Below, one piece after another: positions 54,620-64,000 of a DNA stretch of 64,000 nt (within the stretch, counting starts at the first letter, position 1; every line of letters starts with the position of its first letter). The position numbers and the translations under genes were made by a program. A model generated the notes under the pieces. That model ran no database searches and had not been told where the DNA came from. It saw nothing but the letters and a program-made list of their open reading frames with translations. This stretch comes from Kiloniellales bacterium (lineage in GTDB: Bacteria > Pseudomonadota > Alphaproteobacteria > Kiloniellales > JAKSBE01): positions 1,406 to 65,405 of the forward strand of contig JANQGU010000036.1 in NCBI GenBank assembly GCA_028282935.1. Direction: 5' to 3'.

Positions 54620-57379
54620 CTACTTGGCGGCGGTGCCCAGCGCGGCCCGGGCGGCTTCCGGGTAGGGCAGGGTGAAGGCGAAGCGGGCGCCCTGGCCGGG
54701 CTTGCTCTCGACCCAGATCCGGCCGCCGAAGTGCTCGACGATCTGCCGGCAGATCGGCAGGCCCAGACCGGTGCCTTGCAGGTTGTGGGCCAGGTCCTCG
54801 CGCAGGGCCTGGAACTTCTCGAAGGCGCGGCGCTGCTCCTCGCGGGACAGGCCGACCCCGTTGTCGCCGACCACGATCAGCAGGTCCGCGGCCTGCGGCC
54901 GGGTCTCGACCGTAACCCGGCCGTCTTCCGGATCGCAGAACTTCACCGCGTTGGACAGGAGGTTCACGAGGACCTGAACCAGGCGGTCCTGGTCGGCGTG
55001 GACCGCCGGCAAGCGGGCCGGCAGGTCGACCTCCAGCGCGACCCCGCGCTCCCGGAACAGGCCATGGGTCGCGGCCAAGGCCTCCTCGATCGCCGGTCCC
55101 GGGTCGAGGTCGGCCATCTTCCACTCCATGCGGCCGGCTTCCATCTTCGCCAGGTCGAGGATCTGGTTGATCAGCCGGGTCAGGCGCTCGCTTTCCTTGA
55201 TGATGACGTTGAGGAACGCGCCGCGCTGAGCGAGGTCGAGCGAGGGGTTGTCGAAGAGGATCTCGCTGAAGGAGCGGATCGAGGTCAGCGGCGTGCGCAG
55301 CTCGTGGCTGACCGTCGAGATGAAGTCGTCCTTCAGCCGGTCCAGCTCGGTCAGGCGCTGGTTGGCGGCGCGCAGGTCGGAATAGGCGTGCTCCAGCTCG
55401 CTCGACTTCTGCTCCAGGCGGTGGCTGTACTCGATCACCTGGGAGGTCTCGTCCAGGATCTTCATGACCTCGTCGATCCGGATCATCTCGCCCTTGACCA
55501 CCGAGGCGAGCATGACCCGCGCCGAGGCCGCGCCGATGGCGCCGGCCAGCAGGCGCTCGGTGAAGTGCAGCAGGCGGGAATCCGCCTCCTCCAGCCGGTC
55601 CAGGTTGAGGTTGCGCTCGGCGGCGTAGCGGGCGAAGGCCCGGTCGGCGGGCTGCTTGCCCAGGAAGCGCACGACCACGTCGTAGACGTCGGCGAAGGTC
55701 GCGGTGCCGCGCCAGAGGCCCGAGCCGCGCTGGCTCTCGCTGTGGCGGAAGACGTCGACGAAGATCGCCGCCTGGATTCGCTCCAGCGCGCTCTCCTGGC
55801 TGAAGAGGGAGCCGATGATGTAGCCGCCGATGTTGCCGAACAGGCTCCAGAACAGGGCGTGGGTGACCTGGTCCAGGCCCTCCAGGCCGAAGAGCCGGTA
55901 GGGATGCAGAAGCTCGATCCCGAAGGGCCCCTGCTCGACGAAGGCGAGGCTGAGCCAGCCGGAACGGGCCATCGACGGCAGGAACAGGGTGTAGGCCCAG
56001 AGCGCGAAGCCGAGGCTGAGGCCGATCAGGGCGCCGGTCCGCGTGCCGCCCTTCCAGAAGATGCCGCCGATGATGGCCGGGGCGAACTGCGCCGCGGCGG
56101 CGAAGGAGACCAGGCCGATGGTGACCAGGGCGTAGGATTCGCCGATGTAGCGGTAGTAGATGTAGCTCATCGCCAGGATCAGGATGATGCTGCCGCGCCG
56201 GATCGCCAGCAGCAGGCCGGTCAGGTCGCGCTCCTCCGACAGGCGCAGCCCGGGCAGGCGCAGCAGGGTCGGCATCACCAGGTCGTTGCAGACCATGGTG
56301 CTGAGCGCGATGGTCGCGACGATCACCATGCCGGTCGCCGCCGACAGCCCGCCGATGAAGACGAAGAGCGCCAGGCCGTCCTGCTCGGCGGCAAGCGGCA
56401 GGGTGAGCACGAAGGTGTCGGCGTCGACGCTGCCGCCCGGGAACTGCATCAGCCCGGCCAGAGCGATCGGCAGCACGAAGATGTTGATCGCCAGCAGGTA
56501 CAGCGGGAACAGCCAGACCGCCTTGTGCAGGTGGGTCTCGTCGACGTTCTCGACCACCGTCACCTGGAACTGCCGCGGCAGGCAGATGATCGCGGCCATG
56601 GACAGCAGGGTCAGGGTCACCCATTGGCTGTAGCCGCCGTCCTGGATCGAGAAGAGGCGGGCGATCTCGGGCCGGGCGCCGGCCACGGCGAAGAGGTCGG
56701 CGAAGCCGCCATAGAGCCCGAAGGTGACGAAGAGCCCGACCGCCAGGAAGGCGACCAGCTTGACGATCGACTCGAAGGCGATCGCGGCGACCATGCCCTC
56801 GTGGTGCTCCGCCGCGTCGATCTGCCGGGTGCCGAAGAGGATCGTGAAGATCGCCAGGGCGGTGGTGACCAGGAAGGCGGTGTCGGCGGGGAAGGGGACC
56901 TCGAAGATCCGCGGCGAGGCCTCGAGGTTGGGGTAGTGGAGCAGCAGGTTGAAGCTGGTCGAGACGGCTTTCAGCTGCAGCGAGATGTAGGGCATGATCC
57001 CGACCACCGCGATCACCGTCACCAGGCCCGAGATCATCGTGCTCTTGCCATAGCGCGAGGAGATGAAGTCGGCGATCGAGGTGATCCGGTTGACCTTGCT
57101 GATCCGGATGATCTTCGCCAGTACGAACCACCAGAGCACGAAGGTCAGGGTCGGCCCGAGGTAGATCGGCAGGAAGGCGACCCCCGCCTGCGCCGCCCGG
57201 CCGACGCTGCCGTAGAAGGTCCAGGAGGTGCAGTAGACCGCGATCGACAGGGTGTAGATGTAGGGATTGGCGATCAGGCTGCGGCCTTCCTCGGCGCGCT
57301 TGTCGCCATAGTAGGCGATCGCGAAGAGCAGGCAGAGATAGGCGCAGGCGACGGGCAGGACGACCCAGCCGGACAGCAT
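54620..57379 (-). CDS. SSS-domain sensor histidine kinase (CbrA/CrbS-like)
   Basis: 919 aa; N-terminal ~500 aa sodium:solute-symporter-like 13-TM domain; H-box VSHELRTPLT; G1 DNGVG; G2 GTGLGLPICR; no receiver domain. Confidence 0.88.
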   Translation of the reverse strand: MLSGWVVLPVACAYLCLLFAIAYYGDKRAEEGRSLIANPYIYTLSIAVYCTSWTFYGSVGRAAQAGVAFLPIYLGPTLTFVLWWFVLAKIIRISKVNRITSIADFISSRYGKSTMISGLVTVIAVVGIMPYISLQLKAVSTSFNLLLHYPNLEASPRIFEVPFPADTAFLVTTALAIFTILFGTRQIDAAEHHEGMVAAIAFESIVKLVAFLAVGLFVTFGLYGGFADLFAVAGARPEIARLFSIQDGGYSQWVTLTLLSMAAIICLPRQFQVTVVENVDETHLHKAVWLFPLYLLAINIFVLPIALAGLMQFPGGSVDADTFVLTLPLAAEQDGLALFVFIGGLSAATGMVIVATIALSTMVCNDLVMPTLLRLPGLRLSEERDLTGLLLAIRRGSIILILAMSYIYYRYIGESYALVTIGLVSFAAAAQFAPAIIGGIFWKGGTRTGALIGLSLGFALWAYTLFLPSMARSGWLSLAFVEQGPFGIELLHPYRLFGLEGLDQVTHALFWSLFGNIGGYIIGSLFSQESALERIQAAIFVDVFRHSESQRGSGLWRGTATFADVYDVVVRFLGKQPADRAFARYAAERNLNLDRLEEADSRLLHFTERLLAGAIGAASARVMLASVVKGEMIRIDEVMKILDETSQVIEYSHRLEQKSSELEHAYSDLRAANQRLTELDRLKDDFISTVSHELRTPLTSIRSFSEILFDNPSLDLAQRGAFLNVIIKESERLTRLINQILDLAKMEAGRMEWKMADLDPGPAIEEALAATHGLFRERGVALEVDLPARLPAVHADQDRLVQVLVNLLSNAVKFCDPEDGRVTVETRPQAADLLIVVGDNGVGLSREEQRRAFEKFQALREDLAHNLQGTGLGLPICRQIVEHFGGRIWVESKPGQGARFAFTLPYPEAARAALGTAAK

Positions 57380-57382
57380 GGC

Positions 57383-57673
57383 TCAGTCCCCTTCCTGCCC
57401 GAAGCGGTCCTGCCCAAGGTTGTCCCGGGTGAGGGGGTCCTGCTTGCGGCCGGCCTGCGGGCGGTGTCCGGAAAACCGCCGCCAGCGCTCGGCGGCCAGG
57501 GCGGTCAGGCAGATCAGCGCGCCCCAGGCGGCGAAGAGGTAGATGTAGAGCAGCGGGATGCCGAACAGCCAGCCGGGCCCGTCGAAGATCGACAGCAGGG
57601 GCGGGCTCAGCAGGACCAGGCCCAGAAGGAAAAGGGCCAGATGGCGTTCACCGCTGGTTCCGCGCCTCGGCAT
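57383..57673 (-). CDS. Small 2-TM membrane protein (DUF3311-like) preceding the SSS-kinase
   Basis: 96 aa; stop 3 nt before the kinase ATG; helices LALFLLGLVLLSPPLL and LLYIYLFAAWGALICLTALA. Confidence 0.55.
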   Translation of the reverse strand: MPRRGTSGERHLALFLLGLVLLSPPLLSIFDGPGWLFGIPLLYIYLFAAWGALICLTALAAERWRRFSGHRPQAGRKQDPLTRDNLGQDRFGQEGD

Positions 57674-57770
57674 GCCTGGTCTCTCCGGCGATCCGCCCGG
57701 GGTGGGTCTCGACGATCAAGTCTACACCCGGCGGCCGGGCTTGGCACCGGCAAGGAAGCCTTTGGAAAAG

Positions 57771-59882
57771 CTAAAACTCCTCTTGAAGGCGCCGGACCTC
57801 GACCATCTCCTCCGAGGCCTTGAAAGCGGCGCTCAAGGTGGCGATGCCGCGCGCCTCGAGCAGCTTGAGCATGGCCAGGAAGACCTCGGCCGTGACCATG
57901 GTGTCTCCCATGGCGGTGTGCCGGCCCCAGATCTCGATGCCCAGCCGCTCGGCGATGGCGTCCAGGCTGTGGTTCTGCTCCTCCGGGTGCAGCCAGACCG
58001 ACAGCAGCAGGGTGTCCAGCACCGGGTTGTCGAAGACGACGCCGCAGGTGGCCTCCTTGAGCCGGAGGAACTTCATGTCGAAGGCGGCGTTGTGGGCGAT
58101 CAGCACGGCGTCCGCGGCGAAACGGTGGAACTGCGGCAGGATCTCCCGCGCCGCGGGACCGTCCCGGACCATGTCGTCGGTGATCCCGTGGAAGCGGATC
58201 GAGGCCCTCGGGATCGGCTTGCCGGGATTGACCAGGCGTTCGAAGGTCTCGCCCGTCAGTATGCGGCCGTTGACCACCCGGACCCCGGCGATCTGGATGA
58301 TCTCGTCGCCGCCCGAGGGGTTGAGGCCGGTGGTCTCGGTATCGAAGACGACGTAGGACAGCTCGGAGAGCCTGCGGTCGCCGACCGCCTCCGGGGGCGC
58401 CTGGCCGTGGAACAGGTCGAAGTCGTAGAACTCCGGCCGGGGTGGCAGCGCGCCGGGCATCTCGGGGCCGCTCGGTGGCTTGCCCGCCGGCAGGGCGAGG
58501 CGAAGCCCGGGCGCTTCCGGCCGATCGCCGAGGCTCCAGACCTCGGCGCCGTGCTGTTCGAGGATCTCCTGGAGCGAGCCCGCGGTCGCCCCGTCGTCGA
58601 GGCGCTCCTGCAGCCAGAGATCGAGGTCGCGCTGCGGCAGCGCCTCGCTCGGCCAATGCAGGTCGAGCGCGCTGCGGCCGTCCTGCCGGATCGCCGCCAG
58701 GGTGAAGCTCTCGGCCTTCCGGGTATCCGCCAGCTTGCGGATCAGGCGGGTCAGGACCCACTGCAGGGCCAGGCTGTCGCCGCGCAGCCAGATCTCGCCG
58801 CCCTCGACCTGCAGGCGCGGACCGGCCTCGGCTTCCAGTTCCTCGATCAGGGACTCGAAAAGGTCGCGCGCCAGGACGTTGCCCAGCAGCAGGGCCTCGG
58901 ACTTGAGCGCCTCGTGGGAGGCCGTCAGCGTCTCGAGCTGATCGCAGAGCCGCTGGCTCTCCTCGGCGACGACCCGGTCGAAGCCCTGCCGGCGGGCGGC
59001 GTCCAGCTCGGGGTGCTCGATCATCGTCTCGACCGCCGCCCGCAGGTTGGCGAGCGGGCCCCGGAAGCCCTCGGTGGCCCGGCGCAGCAGAAGGTCGCGC
59101 TCGGCGAAGCGGGCGCGCTCCCGGCCGGCCTCGGAGAAGACCACAACGTAGCCGCGGGCGTTGCCCTCGGGATCGAAGATCAGGGTCATCCGGCCGTGCA
59201 GAAGGCTGCCGCTCGCCTTGCCCAGGCACAGCAGGTCGGCGGTCTCGGAGTGGCTTGCCGCTTCCCTGGTCTTGGCCCGCCGGCGCAGGCGGCTGAGGGC
59301 GTGGCAGACCGCTTCCTCCCCGACCAGATCGAGGATCGGCCGGCCGAGGCCGGTGTTCTCCGGCGCCCCCAGGGCGAGCTGGGCCGCCTTGTTGTAGAGC
59401 AGGATCTTGTGCTCCAGGTTGCAGACCACGACCGCCTCGCTGAGGTCGCGCAGGATCGCCTCCAGCCAGCCGCGCTGCTCTTCGCTGCGCGCGCTCGCGA
59501 TGGCCATGGCCTTGACCACCTCGCTGCGCGCCGTCCGCAGCTCGCGGCTGGCCTCCTTGATGGCCTCGTGCAGCGGCCCCAGGGTATGGGCGCCGGCGAT
59601 CTCCACGCCCGCCTCGGCGCCGGCGCGGCTGATCGTGTGAAGCCGGCTGGTCAGGCGCGACAGGGGCCGGACCAGACGCTGCTCGACGATCACCCAGGCG
59701 AAGAGCGCCGAGGCGACGAAGCCGAGGGCCAGGACGGCGCCGAACAGCAGGATCTTGCCGAGCGCCTCGGACTCGCTGCCGCTCAGGGAGACGAAGGCGA
59801 AGCTGGCGAGACCCAGGACCGCGCTCAGACCCAGGATGCCGAGGGCGAGGAAGATCAGGACGAAGAAGCGGCGTGTCGTCAT
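57771..59882 (-). CDS. Membrane HAMP-PAS sensor with degenerate histidine-kinase core fused to DEDDh (DnaQ-like) 3'-5' exonuclease
   Basis: 703 aa; 2 TM (res ~5-66), HAMP, PAS (~135-250), H-box-like [19 protein letters not shown] without His (59052-59075), CA-like region lacking N/G1/G2 boxes, exonuclease motifs FDTETTG, HNAAFD, HTAMGD (57843-58361). Confidence 0.85.
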   Translation of the reverse strand: MTTRRFFVLIFLALGILGLSAVLGLASFAFVSLSGSESEALGKILLFGAVLALGFVASALFAWVIVEQRLVRPLSRLTSRLHTISRAGAEAGVEIAGAHTLGPLHEAIKEASRELRTARSEVVKAMAIASARSEEQRGWLEAILRDLSEAVVVCNLEHKILLYNKAAQLALGAPENTGLGRPILDLVGEEAVCHALSRLRRRAKTREAASHSETADLLCLGKASGSLLHGRMTLIFDPEGNARGYVVVFSEAGRERARFAERDLLLRRATEGFRGPLANLRAAVETMIEHPELDAARRQGFDRVVAEESQRLCDQLETLTASHEALKSEALLLGNVLARDLFESLIEELEAEAGPRLQVEGGEIWLRGDSLALQWVLTRLIRKLADTRKAESFTLAAIRQDGRSALDLHWPSEALPQRDLDLWLQERLDDGATAGSLQEILEQHGAEVWSLGDRPEAPGLRLALPAGKPPSGPEMPGALPPRPEFYDFDLFHGQAPPEAVGDRRLSELSYVVFDTETTGLNPSGGDEIIQIAGVRVVNGRILTGETFERLVNPGKPIPRASIRFHGITDDMVRDGPAAREILPQFHRFAADAVLIAHNAAFDMKFLRLKEATCGVVFDNPVLDTLLLSVWLHPEEQNHSLDAIAERLGIEIWGRHTAMGDTMVTAEVFLAMLKLLEARGIATLSAAFKASEEMVEVRRLQEEF

Positions 59883-59910
59883 TCCCGGGTGAGCTCCTGA
59901 GCCTTCGTCC

Positions 59911-60288
59911 TCAGCTCTCCCGGTCCTCCAGGAAGGTCTTGACGCGCTCGACCAGCTCGCGGGTCGAGAAGGGTTTGGTCACGTAGTCGTCGGCGCCCAG
60001 CGCCATGCCCTTTTCGCGCTCCACCTCGCGGCCCTTGGCGGTCAGCATGATAATCCGGACCTTCTTCCATTCCGGCTTGGCGCGGATCATCTGGCAGAGG
60101 TCGTAGCCGTCGCGTTTCGGCATCATGACGTCGAGCAGCACAAGGTCGGGGAGCTTGTCCTCCATGGCCTTGAGCGCGGCCTCGCCGTCGGCCGCAACGC
60201 GAACCTCGAACCCCGCCTGTTCCATCAGGAACTCCAGGGACATCACGATGTTGGGTTCGTCGTCCACGACCAGGACGGAATGCGACAT
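59911..60288 (-). CDS. Stand-alone receiver (CheY-like) response regulator
   Basis: 125 aa from ATG 60288 (GGGAGG SD); [24 protein letters not shown]; no output domain. Confidence 0.9.
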   Translation of the reverse strand: MSHSVLVVDDEPNIVMSLEFLMEQAGFEVRVAADGEAALKAMEDKLPDLVLLDVMMPKRDGYDLCQMIRAKPEWKKVRIIMLTAKGREVEREKGMALGADDYVTKPFSTRELVERVKTFLEDRES

Positions 60289-60434
60289 CCGGCCAGCCTC
60301 CCTAAGCCCCGGCACCCCTCTTATCCAAAGCTTGGGGGCGTCCTTCTCGGCCAGACTCCAGACTAGCCTCCCCTGGCGGGCATTGCCAGCGCCTGAGCGC
60401 TGGGATAGAACCCCGGCCGGTTCCCAGATCACGC

Positions 60435-60528
60435 CGCGCTCGATTGGAACCGATTGGGCGCAGGTAACTCGATCTGTTTCACATAGATAGAGCAGCCTGT
60501 CCGCGTTCGAGCGAACACAGGCTGCTCT
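60435..60528. repeat. Palindromic repeat element, copy C (inverted relative to A) with an added 12-bp-stem hairpin
   Basis: gatctgtttcacatagatagagcagc is the reverse complement of copy A gctgctctatctatatgaaatagatc with 2 differences; hairpin AGAGCAGCCTGT (60489-60500) / ACAGGCTGCTCT (60517-60528). Confidence 0.65.
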
Positions 60529-60549
60529 GGCCTCATTCCGGAGACGAGC

Positions 60550-62229
<1,680 letters not shown>

Positions 62230-62275
62230 GCCCCTAATCCGTTGGGCCCTGACCTGCTGGGCCCTGGCGCGGGGC

Positions 62276-62917
62276 TCAGTCCCGCTCGGGCGTGAAGCCA
62301 CCGCTGGCGAGCTTCGCGCGCAGCTCGGCGGTCAGGCCGGGCAGGTCGCCGTTGGAGCGCTTGAGCACCGATGTGTATTCGGAGCGGAAGGTGATCGCCA
62401 GGCTCACCCCTTCCGCGACCACGTCGATGATCTTGAAGCTGCCGTTCGCCCGGCGGATCCGCCAGCCCACCGGCAGCTTGTTGCCGTTTTCCAGGGTGAT
62501 GCTGGAAACCACCAGGCTGAGCTTGGGGTTGGTCGGATCGGGCTTGATCTCGTCGATGGCGAAGGCCTCGCCGCGGTAGTCCCTGAAGTAGGGCAGGAAG
62601 CGCTGGGCGAGGACTTCCTTGAAGGTGGTGAGGAAAGCCGCCTGCTCCGAGGGATCGGCGCCGCGCGCATAGACGCCCAGCACGAAGCGGCCGATCGCCC
62701 TCATGTCGAAGTTGGTCTCCAGAAGATCGCGGAAGCGCTGCTGCCGTTCGGCGTCGCCGATCGACTGGTCGCTCAGCTCCGCGATCGCCCGCTGACTCAG
62801 CGAGACCAGAAAGCTCCCGGCGTCCTTGTCTTCCGCCGCCGCCGATCCGGCCGCCGCCAGATAGAAACACATCGTCATGACGACCGTCGCGAACGGCCGC
62901 CGTCCCCCCCTGACCAT
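62276..62917 (-). CDS. mlaC: MlaC/Ttg2D family phospholipid-binding periplasmic protein
   Basis: 213 aa; signal peptide; WRIRRANGSFKIIDVVAEGVSLAITFRSEY typical of Ttg2D/MlaC. Confidence 0.82.
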   Translation of the reverse strand: MVRGGRRPFATVVMTMCFYLAAAGSAAAEDKDAGSFLVSLSQRAIAELSDQSIGDAERQQRFRDLLETNFDMRAIGRFVLGVYARGADPSEQAAFLTTFKEVLAQRFLPYFRDYRGEAFAIDEIKPDPTNPKLSLVVSSITLENGNKLPVGWRIRRANGSFKIIDVVAEGVSLAITFRSEYTSVLKRSNGDLPGLTAELRAKLASGGFTPERD

Positions 62918-62933
62918 CGGTACTTGGCTCCCT

Positions 62934-62978
62934 GCCTAGTGGTTGTGGGCCTAGTGGTTATGGGCCTAGTGCTTGTGG
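62934..62978. repeat. 15-bp tandem repeat x3 (gcctagtgSttRtgg) in the mlaA-mlaC spacer
   Basis: gcctagtggttgtgg / gcctagtggttatgg / gcctagtgcttgtgg read directly; each unit contains CTAG. Confidence 0.9.
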
Positions 62979-63010
62979 ATTCCTGCCGCCCCCGCGCGAA
63001 AAGGCAAAGG

Positions 63011-63868
63011 CTAAGGCGCCGGCGCGTCTCCCTCCGCGGGTGCGTCCTCCGAGGCCTCTTCCTCGTCCTCCAGATCGTCCAGGAAGTCGTCGGGAAAATC
63101 AGGAAGCGGGGCGTCCCCAGGTTCGCCGTTGCGGATCTCGGCCTGCCGGTTCTGGTGCCAGAGGCTGCGCACCCGGGCGTAGAAGTCGACGGAATCCCGG
63201 CGCAGGTCGTCCAGGGAATCGATGTTGCGGGCCCGCAGATCGAGGCCGCCGGCCAGGGTCTTGGCGGTGCTCGCGGTTCGGGCCTCGTCGTAGCGGCCGT
63301 CGATGCCGGCGAGCTCGAAGCCGCCGAGATAGGTGAGGGGGTCGAAGAATATGTCGACCACCTTGCCGCCGGCGTCGCGGGCGCTGCTCGGGCCGAAGAT
63401 CGGCAGCACCAGGTAGAAGCCGGGGTCGACGCCCCAGACCCCGAGGGTCTGGCCGAAGTCCTCGCTGCGGTAGGGATAGCCGCTGTCGGCCGCGACGTCG
63501 AAGAGCCCGCCGACGCCGATGGTCAGGTTGATCAGCAGGCGCGCCGTGATGTTCTCCATCGCGTCCAGGTCGCCCTGCAGGATCGCGTTCGCCATGCTGA
63601 CCGGCGTGTCGGCCAGGCGCACCAGGTTGCGGATGATGTCCTGCACGAAGATGGGAACCAGCTCGCTGTAAGGCTCGGCGATGGGCCTGATGAGCAGGTC
63701 GTCGACCAGCAGATTGAGGTCGAAGACCGTCCGGTTCAAGGGCTCCAGCGGGTCCGGAATCTCCTGGAACCCGAGAGCGGTTTCGTCTTGTTCTTGGGGC
63801 TGGGACGCGCAGGCACTCAAAGAGACCGCTAGGATCGCCGCGACCAGCCAGGTTCGAATGAAGCGCAT
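63011..63868 (-). CDS. mlaA: MlaA/VacJ family outer-membrane lipoprotein
   Basis: 285 aa from ATG 63868 (GAGGAGG SD); lipobox LSLSA|C; DPLEPLNRTVFDLN VacJ signature. Confidence 0.88.
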   Translation of the reverse strand: MRFIRTWLVAAILAVSLSACASQPQEQDETALGFQEIPDPLEPLNRTVFDLNLLVDDLLIRPIAEPYSELVPIFVQDIIRNLVRLADTPVSMANAILQGDLDAMENITARLLINLTIGVGGLFDVAADSGYPYRSEDFGQTLGVWGVDPGFYLVLPIFGPSSARDAGGKVVDIFFDPLTYLGGFELAGIDGRYDEARTASTAKTLAGGLDLRARNIDSLDDLRRDSVDFYARVRSLWHQNRQAEIRNGEPGDAPLPDFPDDFLDDLEDEEEASEDAPAEGDAPAP

Positions 63869-64000
63869 GGGCCTCCTCTCGTCCTGATCATCTTTCTTTG
63901 CCCGCCCCCAAGGCTCGAGCGGACACACTTCGCCCCCGGGTGTCCTAGCCATCCCTAGCCAGCCCGGGCTCCGCCGCTCTCCACTCCTTGCGGGCAGCCC

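Noticed and set aside
53702-57823. 1373-aa plus-strand ORF antisense to the crotonase and SSS-kinase genes
   Set aside because: Same shadow-ORF signature (R/G/Q/E/D/A-rich, no domains). The opposite strand encodes proteins with clear catalytic motifs.

Overview
Densely coding, visibly GC-rich window with alphaproteobacterial-type gene content. I recognised no rRNA, tRNA, CRISPR array, transposase or integrase. Left to right: (1) Calvin-cycle operon cbbA(partial)-cbbL-cbbS-cbbX-gph, encoding a red-type form I RuBisCO with its CbbX activase. (2) An orphan lipoprotein with protein-kinase-like motifs, and a DAACS-like permease fused to a periplasmic solute-binding domain. (3) A complete nitrite/NO reduction island: nnrS-norCBQD, a Dnr/NnrR-type Crp/Fnr regulator, nirI, and nirS-E-C-F-DL-G-H-J-N extended by a CbiX-type chelatase and a DUF4202 gene. 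The nnrS, norC, regulator and nirI/nirS promoter regions carry TTGAN-N4-GTCAA boxes. (4) A 5'-deleted alpha-carbonic-anhydrase remnant that is a ~0.7 kb direct-repeat copy of an intact alpha-CA locus 8 kb downstream. The two copies bracket a ketopantoate-reductase-family gene, an MFP+RND efflux pair, DUF4397 and a Tag-like glycosylase, and both carry six phased 11-bp GTTA repeats. (5) A histidine kinase / OmpR-type regulator pair and a NitT/TauT-type ABC importer. (6) MarR, MBL-fold hydrolase, FMN reductase, thermonuclease and PhyH dioxygenase; all but MarR are bracketed by copies of a palindromic repeat. (7) A short-chain-carboxylate-type neighbourhood: ScfR-like XRE/ImmA regulator, SSS permease, CBS-DUF294 nucleotidyltransferase, enoyl-CoA hydratase, an SSS-domain (CbrA/CrbS-like) histidine kinase, a membrane HAMP-PAS-pseudokinase fused to a DEDDh 3'-5' exonuclease, and a stand-alone receiver. 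(8) ettA, mlaC, mlaA. The most novel-looking candidate is the DUF294 nucleotidyltransferase / sensor-exonuclease / SSS-kinase / receiver cluster (52.2-60.3 kb). All start codons were chosen by eye from the ORF track using SD motifs, overlaps and signal peptides. No database search or computation was possible.
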